Virus record (IMG/VR): IMGVR_UViG_3300042972_000004
Coordinates: 1 to 34,705 of that record
DNA from: a virus
Taxonomy: Duplodnaviria; Caudoviricetes
DNA: 34,705 bases
Direction: 5' to 3' (one strand)
Shown here: piece after piece, positions 19,049 to 28,489 of the stretch
How positions within the stretch are numbered: the stretch's first letter is position 1
Layout of the letters: the number at the start of each line of letters is the position of its first letter
The notes under the pieces: model-generated
What the model saw: only the letters and a program-made list of their open reading frames with translations
Told to the model about the DNA's origin: nothing
Database searches by the model: none
Translations under genes and position numbers: made by a program

Positions 19049-22000
19049 GCAGCGAGGTAGGCTCCGCCCACATTTCCATCTTCCCGACAATGACAGGATT
19101 TAAGGCCGCTGTTTCCAAAGGCGTCTCGCAGAGCGCCTCGGGCGCTTCCTCATCCTTTTCAGCTGGGTTCAAGGGGGTGGCGGAAGGTGTGGGCGCAAAG
19201 CTCGGGGCCAAGCTGAAGTCCGCCTTCTCGACCTCGTCGGCAGGCCTTGCCAGCTCCACGACAGGGCAGCTCGAGTCCTCCATCGCCTCAGCGGCCGGCG
19301 CACTCTCGTCTGCCCGCCTCAAGGCTCAGTCCGCTGATAGTGCCGTAGCCACAGCCGAGGCGCGCTACCAGGAGACGCTAAGCAAGTACGGATCTACCGC
19401 CTCGCAGACGATAGCCGCCGAAGGACGCCTCGAATCCGCACGCTCCAAGCAGCAGATCACGACAGAGAACGTCGAGATGGCCTCGGCCAAGCTCGAGGAT
19501 GCCCAGCGTAGCCTCGCGAAGACGCAGTCCAATGTATCAACAGCTACAACCGGCGTCTCAAGCGGGCTTTCCCAGATGGCCCAAAACCTTAAGGCGGGGT
19601 TTTCCTCAGCCGAGCAGGCCCAGAGCGCGACGACTGGTCTCGCCGGTTCTGTGGCCGGCCTTCTTCGAGCCTTCGCCGACACGACCGGCATCACGGCTCT
19701 CGCCTCCAAGATAGCAGGCTTCGCATCGTCGGCGACAGGTGCCGTCGCGGGCGTCGCCTCAGCCATCGGGACAAAGCTATCAGGCGTCGCGTCGAGTGTG
19801 GGCGGCGTCTTTTCGACCATCGGCGGAAAAATAAGTTCTGCGCTGTCTCCTGTGACCAGTGTCGTGTCCTCTGCGTTTGGCAATGCCTCCTCGCTCGCTC
19901 AAAGTGCCGTGTCTGCGATATCGACGCACTTCGCGCCCCTTGCCTCCGCCTGGTCTAACATCATGTCCTCGATCTCCTCGAAGGCCTCGGAGGCTTTCAG
20001 CGGCCTTGCCAGCAAGGTTGGGGGCGCGCTCGGCTCCCTCAGCAGCACAGTGTCAAGTAAGCTTGGGAGCGTCGCGTCCGGTATATCCAGCGCGATAGGC
20101 CCTGCGATAGGTGTCGCCGCCAAGGGGGTCGCCGCCTTAGGCGCCGGCATCGTCGCTCTAGGCGGCGTGGCCCTGTCCTCCTATGCGGACTACGAGCAGC
20201 TCGTCGGTGGCGTGGACACGCTTTTCGGCTCCGCATCGGCGAAAGTGCAGCAGTATGCGGCAAGCGCCTACCAGACGTCTGGGCTTTCCGCCAACGACTA
20301 CATGACGCAGATAACGAGTTTTTCGGCCTCGCTTGTCTCGTCCCTTAACGGGGACACCTCGGCCGCCGCCGAGGTCGGCAACACGGCCATGGTCGACATG
20401 TCCGACAACGTCAACAAATTTGGCAGCAACATCTCGGACGTGCAGAACGCCTACCAGGGGTTCGCCAAGAACAACTACACCATGCTCGACAACCTGAAGC
20501 TCGGATATGCCGGAAGCCAGGAGGGCATGGAGTCCCTGCTCGCAGACGCGGAGAAGATCACAGGCCAGCACTACGAGCTGGGAAACTTCGCCGACATGGT
20601 CGAGGCTATCCATGCCGTGCAGACCCAGATGGGAATCACCGGCACGACCGCCGAGGAGGCGGCGAGCACGATCAGCGGCTCTGTGGCGATGGCGAAGGCA
20701 TCCTGGTCAAACTGGCTGACGGGCCTCGGGGACGAGAACGCCGACATGGGGGCACTGACCGACCAACTCATACAGTCCGTGCAGTCCGTCGCCTCAAACA
20801 TCGGGCCGCGCATAGCGCAGATCATGTCCTCTGTAGTGAGCGCCCTGCCAGACCTCATAAACCAGGCGGTCTCCATGGTAGGGCAGCTTGTGACGACGTT
20901 GGGGCCTTCGCTTCTCCAGGCGATCACAGTCGTCGTCCAGCAGGTGCCGGCTCTGATAGCACAGGTGGCCACAGCCATATCGACATCGTTTGGCGCGATC
21001 GATCCTACGACGATAGCCGCGGGCGCGCAGCAGTTCATGACCTCCCTCATCCAGGGGCTCACGACTGCCGTCCCGATCCTTCTGCCGATCATCCTGCAGG
21101 TGGGACTTGAGGTCATCACCGGCATCGTGCAGTCTCTCGCCCAGAACGCCGACCAGGTCGTGCAGGGCTTCGTGACGCTTTTGGAGGGCATCAACCAGGC
21201 TGTCGCCCCGGTGCTTCCGGTCCTTGCGGTGGCGATCGGCCAGCTCATCATATCGCTGGTGGCAGCTCTCATCACGCACCTTCCGGAGATCCTTGCGGCC
21301 GGCTTGCAGCTGTTTATGATGCTCGTCCAGGCTGTCGCCGATATCCTAGGGCAGCTGCTGGCCGCCCTCGGTAGCTTGATCGTCTCTGCGGTTGGTTCGG
21401 TAATTGGCGGAGCGGCCAGCATGCTCTCGGCAGGCTGGCAGTTCTTCGTAACACTCGTGGACTCCGTCGGTAATGTCCTCGGCAGTCTCCTCAGTGCATT
21501 GGGAGGACTCATAGGCTCTGCCGTTGGCGCAATCTTCGGTGGTGTCGGGTCTATGTTCTCGGCCGGCTTGGCATTCCTAGGAGGGATGCTCTCAGGGGCC
21601 AACGCAAAGGCAGGAGAGCTTCTCAGCTGGGTATCTGGCATCCCCGGAATGGTTCTCGGTGCGCTTGGTAATGTGGGCGGAATCCTTATGGATGCCGGCA
21701 AAAACATCATAAACGGGTTTCTTGACGGGCTTAAGTCTGCCTGGAGTGGTGTTACCGATTTTGTTGGAGGAATAGCAGACTGGATAGCTCAGCACAAAGG
21801 GCCCATCAGCTACGACGCGAAGCTCTTGATTCCTCACGGCAAAGCCATCATGGCAAGCCTTTCTGAAGGCATAACGACAGGCTTTTCCAAGGTAGAGACC
21901 GTCGTAGATAACGTGGCCCCGGCTATAGAGGATGCCATGGGTACGGTGAGCGTCCCTGTAGATATTGAGACAACCGCGACCAAGACGGCGCTCGCCGCCT

Positions 22001-22233
22001 CATCTGCAGCGCAAGCCGCAGCAGCGAAGCTAACGGATTCGTTCGCCAATCGTGGCGAGTCTCCAATCGATTCGGGCGCTTCTTCGTCAGATGAATACAA
22101 ATCAGAGCTGCTCTCGGTGCTCAGAGATCTCAGAGATAACGGAGTCTCAGCGAATATCGACGGGAAGAGGGCGTCAAAAATACTGACTCCATATGTTGAC
22201 CGGTATCTATATGCTCAGCAGTCGGCGCGTTAA
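19045..22233 (+). CDS. Tape measure protein
   Basis: 1062 aa, Ala/Ser/Gly-rich amphipathic repeats; YEQLVGGVDTLFG, NYTMLDNLKLGY and HKGPISYD motifs. Confidence 0.95.
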   Translation: MSSEVGSAHISIFPTMTGFKAAVSKGVSQSASGASSSFSAGFKGVAEGVGAKLGAKLKSAFSTSSAGLASSTTGQLESSIASAAGALSSARLKAQSADSAVATAEARYQETLSKYGSTASQTIAAEGRLESARSKQQITTENVEMASAKLEDAQRSLAKTQSNVSTATTGVSSGLSQMAQNLKAGFSSAEQAQSATTGLAGSVAGLLRAFADTTGITALASKIAGFASSATGAVAGVASAIGTKLSGVASSVGGVFSTIGGKISSALSPVTSVVSSAFGNASSLAQSAVSAISTHFAPLASAWSNIMSSISSKASEAFSGLASKVGGALGSLSSTVSSKLGSVASGISSAIGPAIGVAAKGVAALGAGIVALGGVALSSYADYEQLVGGVDTLFGSASAKVQQYAASAYQTSGLSANDYMTQITSFSASLVSSLNGDTSAAAEVGNTAMVDMSDNVNKFGSNISDVQNAYQGFAKNNYTMLDNLKLGYAGSQEGMESLLADAEKITGQHYELGNFADMVEAIHAVQTQMGITGTTAEEAASTISGSVAMAKASWSNWLTGLGDENADMGALTDQLIQSVQSVASNIGPRIAQIMSSVVSALPDLINQAVSMVGQLVTTLGPSLLQAITVVVQQVPALIAQVATAISTSFGAIDPTTIAAGAQQFMTSLIQGLTTAVPILLPIILQVGLEVITGIVQSLAQNADQVVQGFVTLLEGINQAVAPVLPVLAVAIGQLIISLVAALITHLPEILAAGLQLFMMLVQAVADILGQLLAALGSLIVSAVGSVIGGAASMLSAGWQFFVTLVDSVGNVLGSLLSALGGLIGSAVGAIFGGVGSMFSAGLAFLGGMLSGANAKAGELLSWVSGIPGMVLGALGNVGGILMDAGKNIINGFLDGLKSAWSGVTDFVGGIADWIAQHKGPISYDAKLLIPHGKAIMASLSEGITTGFSKVETVVDNVAPAIEDAMGTVSVPVDIETTATKTALAASSAAQAAAAKLTDSFANRGESPIDSGASSSDEYKSELLSVLRDLRDNGVSANIDGKRASKILTPYVDRYLYAQQSAR

Positions 22234-22239
22234 GGGGCG

Positions 22240-23109
22240 ATGATGATCTATCAATTGGCCATTAATGGGGTATATACATACGACGACCTTGGGATGCTGC
22301 TCACCGCAGGCACCGAGCTCGATCCTCCGTCACCTAAAACCTATACGGTTGACGTGCCAGGCTCAGACGGCGTGATCGACCTCACAGAGTTTGCAGGGGA
22401 TGTCACCTACAATCAGCGCTCTCAGAAGTTCGCTTTTGCGCTGCGAGATTCATCCACTGAGGGTTTTGAACAGACAAAGACCAAGATCTCGCGGCTTTTC
22501 CATGGCCGCAAGCTGCCTTTTACGCTCTCATGGGACCAAGGCTGGACATATAACGGCAGATGGTCAATAGACTCTTATGACACATTGCGCACAGGCGGCA
22601 CAATAGTCCTTACCGTCACCGCCGATCCATATAAGACTCTAGAGGGCTCGCCTCTCACGTGGCTCATCAACGGTGCGGGTGGAGTCGAACTGACGCTGCC
22701 GGTAGGTCGCAGGCGCGTGTGCCCCACGATAGAGGTGCAGCGAGAGAGTCTCGTGACGCATAACGGGGAGAGCTGGACGCTTGAGCCCGGCGCGTCTAAG
22801 ATCCGCGACCTGTGGCTTGAGTGGGGCGACAACGACCTGCTCATCGACACATACCCGGGATACGGCAACGCCGTGTGGTCAGATGTCGCTGGGACAGACG
22901 CCTCGGCTGTCTGGGCATCCATTAAAGACAAGAGATGGAGCGCGGCCGCGGCGGGAGACTCTCCTTTGCAGGTGCCCGACACGTGGGAAAACCATGCCGG
23001 CGAGACATGGGGCTCTCTTGGGGCCAAGCGCTGGGTCGAGATGGCACATGGGGCCACATCAGGAGACGAGTACTCAGCCTATGTGCAATACGACTACCAA
23101 GACCTATAG
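22240..23109 (+). CDS. Distal tail protein (Dit-like) with Trp-repeat C-terminal extension
   Basis: Follows the tape measure gene; VDVPGSDGVIDLTE, YNGRW and ADPYK motifs. Confidence 0.78.
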   Translation: MMIYQLAINGVYTYDDLGMLLTAGTELDPPSPKTYTVDVPGSDGVIDLTEFAGDVTYNQRSQKFAFALRDSSTEGFEQTKTKISRLFHGRKLPFTLSWDQGWTYNGRWSIDSYDTLRTGGTIVLTVTADPYKTLEGSPLTWLINGAGGVELTLPVGRRRVCPTIEVQRESLVTHNGESWTLEPGASKIRDLWLEWGDNDLLIDTYPGYGNAVWSDVAGTDASAVWASIKDKRWSAAAAGDSPLQVPDTWENHAGETWGSLGAKRWVEMAHGATSGDEYSAYVQYDYQDL

Positions 23110-23141
23110 ACCATAGCCAATTAAATGTTGAGGAGATCACC

Positions 23142-23552
23142 ATGTCATCCACGACGAGCACCATGAAACTGACGAAGCCCGATGTAAACGACAAAGTGTC
23201 CGATACCATCAGTGCTCTGGCCGCCAACTTCGACATAATCGATAAGCTGTACCCTGTCGGCTCAATCTACATGTCCACTAAATCCACCAACCCATCTTCA
23301 TTTATCGGCGGCACCTGGACAGCCATAACGGGGCGCTTTCTTGTCGGGGCCGGCACGAGCTTCCCCGCAGGCTCTACTGGCGGTCAGACAGACATGGGCA
23401 TACACCCGTCTAAAGACGAGGACGGGGGATCTAACGGCCTCGTTGCTGGAGGTGCTGCCTTCCCAGGTCGAGTGATGGTCACATCGAGCTCATACTCAGG
23501 TAAGATTCTGCCGCCCTACAAGGCGGTCTACATGTGGGAGCGCACAGCATAG
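23142..23552 (+). CDS. Small baseplate/fibre-associated protein
   Basis: SD GAGGAG, ATG 23142; YPVGSIYMS...GGTW...GRFLVGAG...LPPY..VYMWERTA pattern common in phage baseplate/fibre proteins. Confidence 0.72.
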   Translation: MSSTTSTMKLTKPDVNDKVSDTISALAANFDIIDKLYPVGSIYMSTKSTNPSSFIGGTWTAITGRFLVGAGTSFPAGSTGGQTDMGIHPSKDEDGGSNGLVAGGAAFPGRVMVTSSSYSGKILPPYKAVYMWERTA

Positions 23553-23565
23553 GAGGTGACGGCTT

Positions 23566-24963
23566 GTGTATCTCATCACCTACGACGGCGAGGTGCTCCA
23601 TGACCCGAGGGACGTCTCTGCCCGTGTGACGGACGCGACCTGCGACCTTGAGGCCAACACCTCCGGCACGCTCAAGTTCACGATGCCGGCTGACCATCCG
23701 CTTTACGGAAGCCTGGCTGCCATGTCTGCAGATCATGAGGTGGTCCTTTCACAGGCAGATCAGGACGGCACGGTGCTGCTCGAGCTCTTTCGCGGGCGGG
23801 TGACGGATGCCGGCGAGGACATGAAGCTTGAGCGTGAGATCACCTGCGAAGGCTGCCTTGCCTACCTCGCGGACTCTATCGTCAGGCCGTACGGCACCTA
23901 TGAGGACACCACCGACGAGACACCGGGGTGGACAACCATCGCTCCCGGAACCGCACGCGGCTATGCCGAGTGGCTCATCGAGCAACACAACAGGCAGGTA
24001 GACGGCTCCAAATACTTCAAGATAGGCAAAGACGAGCTCGATGACACCTCTGTCACGCGCTCCTCAACTGAGTATCCAGACACCCTATCTGAACTCAAAG
24101 ACAAGGTGCTCACGGCCTTTGGCTGCTATGCGCGCACCTATGTGCAGGACGGTGTCCACTATATTGACTTCCTTTCTGAGGGAGGCCCCGACGCCGCACA
24201 AAGGATAGAGTTCGGCGAGAACCTCACCGACTACGCCACGACGCGCACGGTCTCCGACGTCTATACGGCGATCATCCCGATCGGCAAAAGCGCAGCTGAG
24301 AGCTCTGACAGCAGCTCTACTTCGTTCGGGGTAGACGAGTACAGCGAAGGCCCTATATCGGGCTACGATGGGATGTCCAAGGTGGGGGACCGCATACAGT
24401 ATGACGCGGGAGTCATGAAGTATGGGCTCATCGAAAAGAAGGTCTCCTACGATAGCGCAAGCACGCTGCAAGGTCTCGTGAACGCAGCATGCGCCGACCT
24501 CTCCTCGGCCTCCTCTGTCGTGGAGTCACTGTCGATCTCAGCTGTGGACCTCTCGCACATCGACAGCAGCTTGAGGCCGATAGGGCTCCTTGACTGGGTG
24601 CGGGTCACCTCACGCCCTCACGACGTCGACAGCTACATCCTCTGTCTCAAGATATCTATCGATATCAACGACCCGACGCAGACGAGCTACACACTCGGCG
24701 CCACGCTGCCGACCCTTACGAACTCGAATGTGATCCGCGAACGCGAGCAACGGCAACAGATCGCCAGCGTCATCGAGTCGGTAAAGCCCGTAGACGCAGC
24801 CGCGAAGGCTGCGGCGGCGGCAGCGGCCACCGCACAGACGACAGCCGACAGTAAAAGGCGCGTCTTCACTGAGCAGCCGACGCCTCCCTACGATGTCGGG
24901 GACCTCTGGACAGATACTGCAACAGGAATTACTTATGTCTGCATTGCCGCGAAGGAGGAGTGA
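23566..24963 (+). CDS. Tal-like baseplate hub/tail spike (prophage tail endopeptidase family)
   Basis: FRGRV, CEGCLAYLADS, IEFGENL, TAIIPIG and AVDLS motifs; C-terminal PTPPYDVGDLW. Confidence 0.82.
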   Translation: MYLITYDGEVLHDPRDVSARVTDATCDLEANTSGTLKFTMPADHPLYGSLAAMSADHEVVLSQADQDGTVLLELFRGRVTDAGEDMKLEREITCEGCLAYLADSIVRPYGTYEDTTDETPGWTTIAPGTARGYAEWLIEQHNRQVDGSKYFKIGKDELDDTSVTRSSTEYPDTLSELKDKVLTAFGCYARTYVQDGVHYIDFLSEGGPDAAQRIEFGENLTDYATTRTVSDVYTAIIPIGKSAAESSDSSSTSFGVDEYSEGPISGYDGMSKVGDRIQYDAGVMKYGLIEKKVSYDSASTLQGLVNAACADLSSASSVVESLSISAVDLSHIDSSLRPIGLLDWVRVTSRPHDVDSYILCLKISIDINDPTQTSYTLGATLPTLTNSNVIREREQRQQIASVIESVKPVDAAAKAAAAAAATAQTTADSKRRVFTEQPTPPYDVGDLWTDTATGITYVCIAAKEE

Positions 24964-25532
24964 GCATGCCTTTTGACCAGAACGACTGGGCCGCTGCTGC
25001 CGCCAGCGCGTCTGATCTTGCAGAAGTCAAAACGACAGCAAAGACCAAAGTCAAGACCTATGCCCAAGATAGCGCCCCTACCGCCGAGGCCGTGGGAGAC
25101 CTCTGGATGGACACAGACAACGGGGACGCCCTGTATCGCTGGGATGGCGAAAACTGGGTCAACGTGCAAGACGGAAGCATCGCAGAGGCCAAGAAGGCAG
25201 CTGATGAGGCTATGCAGACCGCCAAAGACGCCGCCACGATCACCATCACCTCCACGCACGGCCTGGTCTTCAAGGACTCGGCGATCTCGACCACGCTCAT
25301 GGTCGTCGTCTTTCAGCCGGGAGGCGGACGTATCGAGGATCAGGATGCCCTCACGGCCGCCTTCGGAAGCTCCGCCCGCATCGAGTGGCGGTGGAGGCGA
25401 GACGACGCCGACGAGTGGTCCACGGTCCTCTCTTCTGATGAGCGCCTCACAGATGACGGCTTCTCGTTTACCGTCTCGCCCGCAGATGTGAACGACCGCA
25501 CCAGCTTCGAGGCGTCGGTCGTGGTCGGCTAA
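24960..25532 (+). CDS. Minor tail protein
   Basis: GDLWMDTD..LYRWDGENWV motif and an ITSTHGLVFKDS module shared with the next gene. Confidence 0.7.
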   Translation: MSMPFDQNDWAAAAASASDLAEVKTTAKTKVKTYAQDSAPTAEAVGDLWMDTDNGDALYRWDGENWVNVQDGSIAEAKKAADEAMQTAKDAATITITSTHGLVFKDSAISTTLMVVVFQPGGGRIEDQDALTAAFGSSARIEWRWRRDDADEWSTVLSSDERLTDDGFSFTVSPADVNDRTSFEASVVVG

Positions 25533-25551
25533 TCATAGACAAGGAGCAATT

Positions 25552-26577
25552 ATGGCAACAAAGGCAGTAGGTCAGGTAGATGTCGTAGACGTCACCGACG
25601 CGTATTCGGTCATCCTAACCTCCGAGGCACATACCTTCCCTGGGACGACCAGCGCGGCCAAGGCCGGAAGCACCACGACCCAGGTGATCGCCATGCAGGG
25701 AGGCACGCAGGTCGCGGCCTCCGTCACGCTCTCGGAGGTCACGGCCCCGACAGGCGTCACCGTCACCAAGGACACCGACGCCACAGCACCCACGCTCACG
25801 ATCGCCGTGTCCACAGCGGTGACCTCGGCCGGCACCGTGACGATCCCGGTGCATATCGGCTCAGACATCACGATAGACAAGACCTTCAGCTTCGCTGTCG
25901 CCTTCACCGGCGGCACCGGGAAAGGCATATCCTCCACGACGGTTGAGTATCAGGCGGCCTCTTCAGGCACGACCGTGCCGACGGGGACCTGGTCCACGTC
26001 CATCCCATCGGTGGCCGAAAACCAGTACCTATGGACGCGTACAACCATAGCTTATACCTCCGGTGATCCCTCAGTCTCATACTCGGTGGGCAAGATGGGA
26101 GCTAAAGGAGACACAGGTAGCGCAGGAAAAGGAATAGCCTCCACGACCGTGACCTATCAGGCCTCAAGCTCGGGCACGACCGTGCCCACCGGCACATGGA
26201 GCAGCTCGGTCCCCGCAGTGAGCAAGGGCCAGTACCTGTGGACCAAGACGGTGACGACCTATACCTCAGGCGACCCCACAACCTCATACTCGGTCGGCTA
26301 TGCCGGGACGAACGGCACAGACGGGACCGACGCCCTCACCTTGGTGGTCACCTCGAGCAACGGCACGATCTTCAAGAACTCGGCGATCTCGACAGTGCTT
26401 ACCGCTCACGTCTACAAGGGTGGCGTCGAGGTGACAGGAAGCGCGCTCACCGCCCTCGGAACCATCAAGTGGTACATGGACGGCTCATCTACCGCCACGG
26501 CCACAGGCTCCACCTTCACGATCGACGCGGGGGACGTGACCGGCAAGGCAACCTATGTCGCACAACTGGAGGGATAG
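25552..26577 (+). CDS. Tail fibre-like protein with an internal duplicated module
   Basis: Thr/Ser-rich; two 58-aa repeats with YLWTRT/YLWTKT, joined by a short collagen-like G-X-Y run. Confidence 0.78.
   Translation: MATKAVGQVDVVDVTDAYSVILTSEAHTFPGTTSAAKAGSTTTQVIAMQGGTQVAASVTLSEVTAPTGVTVTKDTDATAPTLTIAVSTAVTSAGTVTIPVHIGSDITIDKTFSFAVAFTGGTGKGISSTTVEYQAASSGTTVPTGTWSTSIPSVAENQYLWTRTTIAYTSGDPSVSYSVGKMGAKGDTGSAGKGIASTTVTYQASSSGTTVPTGTWSSSVPAVSKGQYLWTKTVTTYTSGDPTTSYSVGYAGTNGTDGTDALTLVVTSSNGTIFKNSAISTVLTAHVYKGGVEVTGSALTALGTIKWYMDGSSTATATGSTFTIDAGDVTGKATYVAQLEG
25918..26298 (+). repeat. Intragenic 174-bp duplication (25918-26091 and 26125-26298)
   Basis: GKGISSTTVEYQAASSGTTVPTGTWSTS...SYSVG versus GKGIASTTVTYQASSSGTTVPTGTWSSS...SYSVG. 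Confidence 0.9.
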
Positions 26578-26580
26578 CCT

Positions 26581-27639
26581 ATGGCTGTAAAGGCCTCATA
26601 CTCCATCACCATTGCATCGATCAATGATGTCACCTCAACATCGCGCTACTACCTGCTGCAGTCCTCAACGCTCGCGGCACCGTCTAAGCCCACGGCAAGC
26701 CCACCCGGCGGATCATGGCAGACGACTGAGCCGACATATACTGAGGGAAGCACCAACAGTTTATATTTTACTGATGAGACGATCTTCAGCGACAGCACAT
26801 TTGCGTACTCAGAAGTGAGCCTTTCAACGAGCTATGAGGCTGCAAAGGCCGCCTACAACAAGGCGGTGGCTGCCAACAAGCTTGCCACGGCGATAAATAA
26901 CTACTTCAGTGCTGACAGCGCGGGGGCGCACGTCGGCACAGTTGAGGGAAACCCTAACAGCGGGCTTAACCTGCTGCTTGCGGCGGCTAAGATCGCACTG
27001 AGGTCAGCGGCGACAGAGCTTGCCACCTTCGCCGCCGATCTCATTGAGCTTGGCAAGAACAGCTCCACGGCGATCATCAAATTCTGCGCGGGTAACGGTG
27101 AGATTGGCTCGGTGAAAAGCCAACTGCACCTCTCCGGTACAAAGGGAGCCTATCTTGCGAGGCAGACCGACATCGACAACGGTAATGATTTTGGTGTCGG
27201 GCTTGTAGATGATAGCGGGTCTGCTAAAGCCATCATTGAGGCTGCGAAGTTTCAGGTGGCTGGCCAGAGCCTCACATCGGCACAGATGGCGACAGCGCTT
27301 GTGCCGAAGGTGCTCTACAGCGGGTCTACCACAGGAACCGTCACTCTTTCTGAGACGGCAGCAAGCTTCTCGAAGCTGATCATCTACGGCAAGTACGATA
27401 CTTTTTACACTAGTACGACCGTTTATTCCCCCAACGGCAAAAGCGGATGCCTGGAATTTTTCATCCCAAATGCCGGACCTGCCACAATGGTTTATATCAA
27501 GAGCAGGACGTTCGGGATAAACGGCACACAGATCACAAATGGTGCTTGGACTGCAATGTGGCTTAACGCGTCAACGAACCACTTTGACTCGGTAAGCGCG
27601 CCAGAGATCAGCATCGTCCGTGTCGAGGGCATCCGCTAA
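26581..27639 (+). CDS. Putative receptor-binding/minor tail protein
   Basis: Last structural gene before the terminator; C-terminal LYSG..TGTVTLSETAASFSKLIIY...IVRVEG beta-rich domain. Confidence 0.65.
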   Translation: MAVKASYSITIASINDVTSTSRYYLLQSSTLAAPSKPTASPPGGSWQTTEPTYTEGSTNSLYFTDETIFSDSTFAYSEVSLSTSYEAAKAAYNKAVAANKLATAINNYFSADSAGAHVGTVEGNPNSGLNLLLAAAKIALRSAATELATFAADLIELGKNSSTAIIKFCAGNGEIGSVKSQLHLSGTKGAYLARQTDIDNGNDFGVGLVDDSGSAKAIIEAAKFQVAGQSLTSAQMATALVPKVLYSGSTTGTVTLSETAASFSKLIIYGKYDTFYTSTTVYSPNGKSGCLEFFIPNAGPATMVYIKSRTFGINGTQITNGAWTAMWLNASTNHFDSVSAPEISIVRVEGIR

Positions 27640-27669
27640 CGCCCAATACTCGGCAATCTTGTATATGCC

Positions 27670-27694
27670 AAGGCCCATGCTGTGGGCCTTTTTT
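27670..27694 (+). terminator. Rho-independent terminator after the tail genes
   Basis: AAGGCCCAT-GCT-GTGGGCC followed by TTTTTT. Confidence 0.75.
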
Positions 27695-27752
27695 CATGCC
27701 GAAAACGGCGTTACCAGCCCTACATGATCGTACTTGTCGATGGGAGGTGATT

Positions 27753-28193
27753 ATGGATTGGGCAAGCATCATTTCATCAGTAATCCAGTCGGTTCTAGTC
27801 GCCATTCTTGCGGCATCCACCCCAAAAATTATCAAGGAAGTAAAAAATATCGCGTCGATAAAGCCAACGCTTGCCTCTCTCAATAGCGGCTTCACATCCG
27901 TAAACAGCAAATTAGACAGTCTTACCCAGCGCGTAGACGACGAGTCAAAACAGAGGGAGGCACATGACCGCCTCGATGACTCAGCGGCCGTCTTCAGCAT
28001 GCGCGACCACCTGCTAGCAGAACACGACCGCATCGTCACTAAGGGATGGGCCGGCTACACGGAGCGTACCTCATGGCATGACGCCTATGCGATCTACGAG
28101 GCCCTCGTCGAGACGTCAGGCCAGACAAACGGCGTCATGGGCAACTACGCAGAGGACATAGACGAGCTACCGACATCAAAACCAGCAGCATAG
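27753..28193 (+). CDS. Lysis-module membrane protein (N-terminal TM, coiled coil)
   Basis: SD GGGAGG, ATG 27753; MDWASIISSVIQSVLVAILAA TM segment; directly upstream of the holin. Confidence 0.7.
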   Translation: MDWASIISSVIQSVLVAILAASTPKIIKEVKNIASIKPTLASLNSGFTSVNSKLDSLTQRVDDESKQREAHDRLDDSAAVFSMRDHLLAEHDRIVTKGWAGYTERTSWHDAYAIYEALVETSGQTNGVMGNYAEDIDELPTSKPAA

Positions 28194-28203
28194 GAGATTC
28201 ATT

Positions 28204-28482
28204 ATGGCAGACACACAAACGAACACGACGGCTACGGTCACAGACGATGCATCCGGCATCAGCGAGGCGGCCAAGGTTTATTTCATCCCCGATCGAGTAT
28301 ATGACGTGATGAAATGGCTAGCGGCCCTATTCCTTCCGGCCCTTGCTGTCTTTATCACCACAATCGGGGCAGCTGTCGGATGGTATGACGCGCCAATTGT
28401 CGCGACCATAGTAACTGCTTCCGCAGCATTTCTCGGCACGCTCTGTGGAGTGTCCACGCTCACCGCAAAGGATGGTGAGTAG
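28204..28482 (+). CDS. Holin (Dp-1-like)
   Basis: YDVMKWLAALFLPALAVF plus a second TM ending FLGTLCGVST; precedes the endolysin. Confidence 0.85.
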   Translation: MADTQTNTTATVTDDASGISEAAKVYFIPDRVYDVMKWLAALFLPALAVFITTIGAAVGWYDAPIVATIVTASAAFLGTLCGVSTLTAKDGE

Positions 28483-28489
28483 TAGCTTT

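Noticed and set aside
20571-21710. 379-aa minus-strand ORF (and similar ones at 14824..15564, 3134..3910 and 2069..2755)
   Set aside because: These are antisense shadows of well-supported genes in GC-rich DNA, with no recognisable motifs.
26581-27639. Diversity-generating retroelement or invertase-driven tail switching
   Set aside because: No reverse transcriptase, template/variable repeat pair, invertase or inverted alternative fibre ends were seen.
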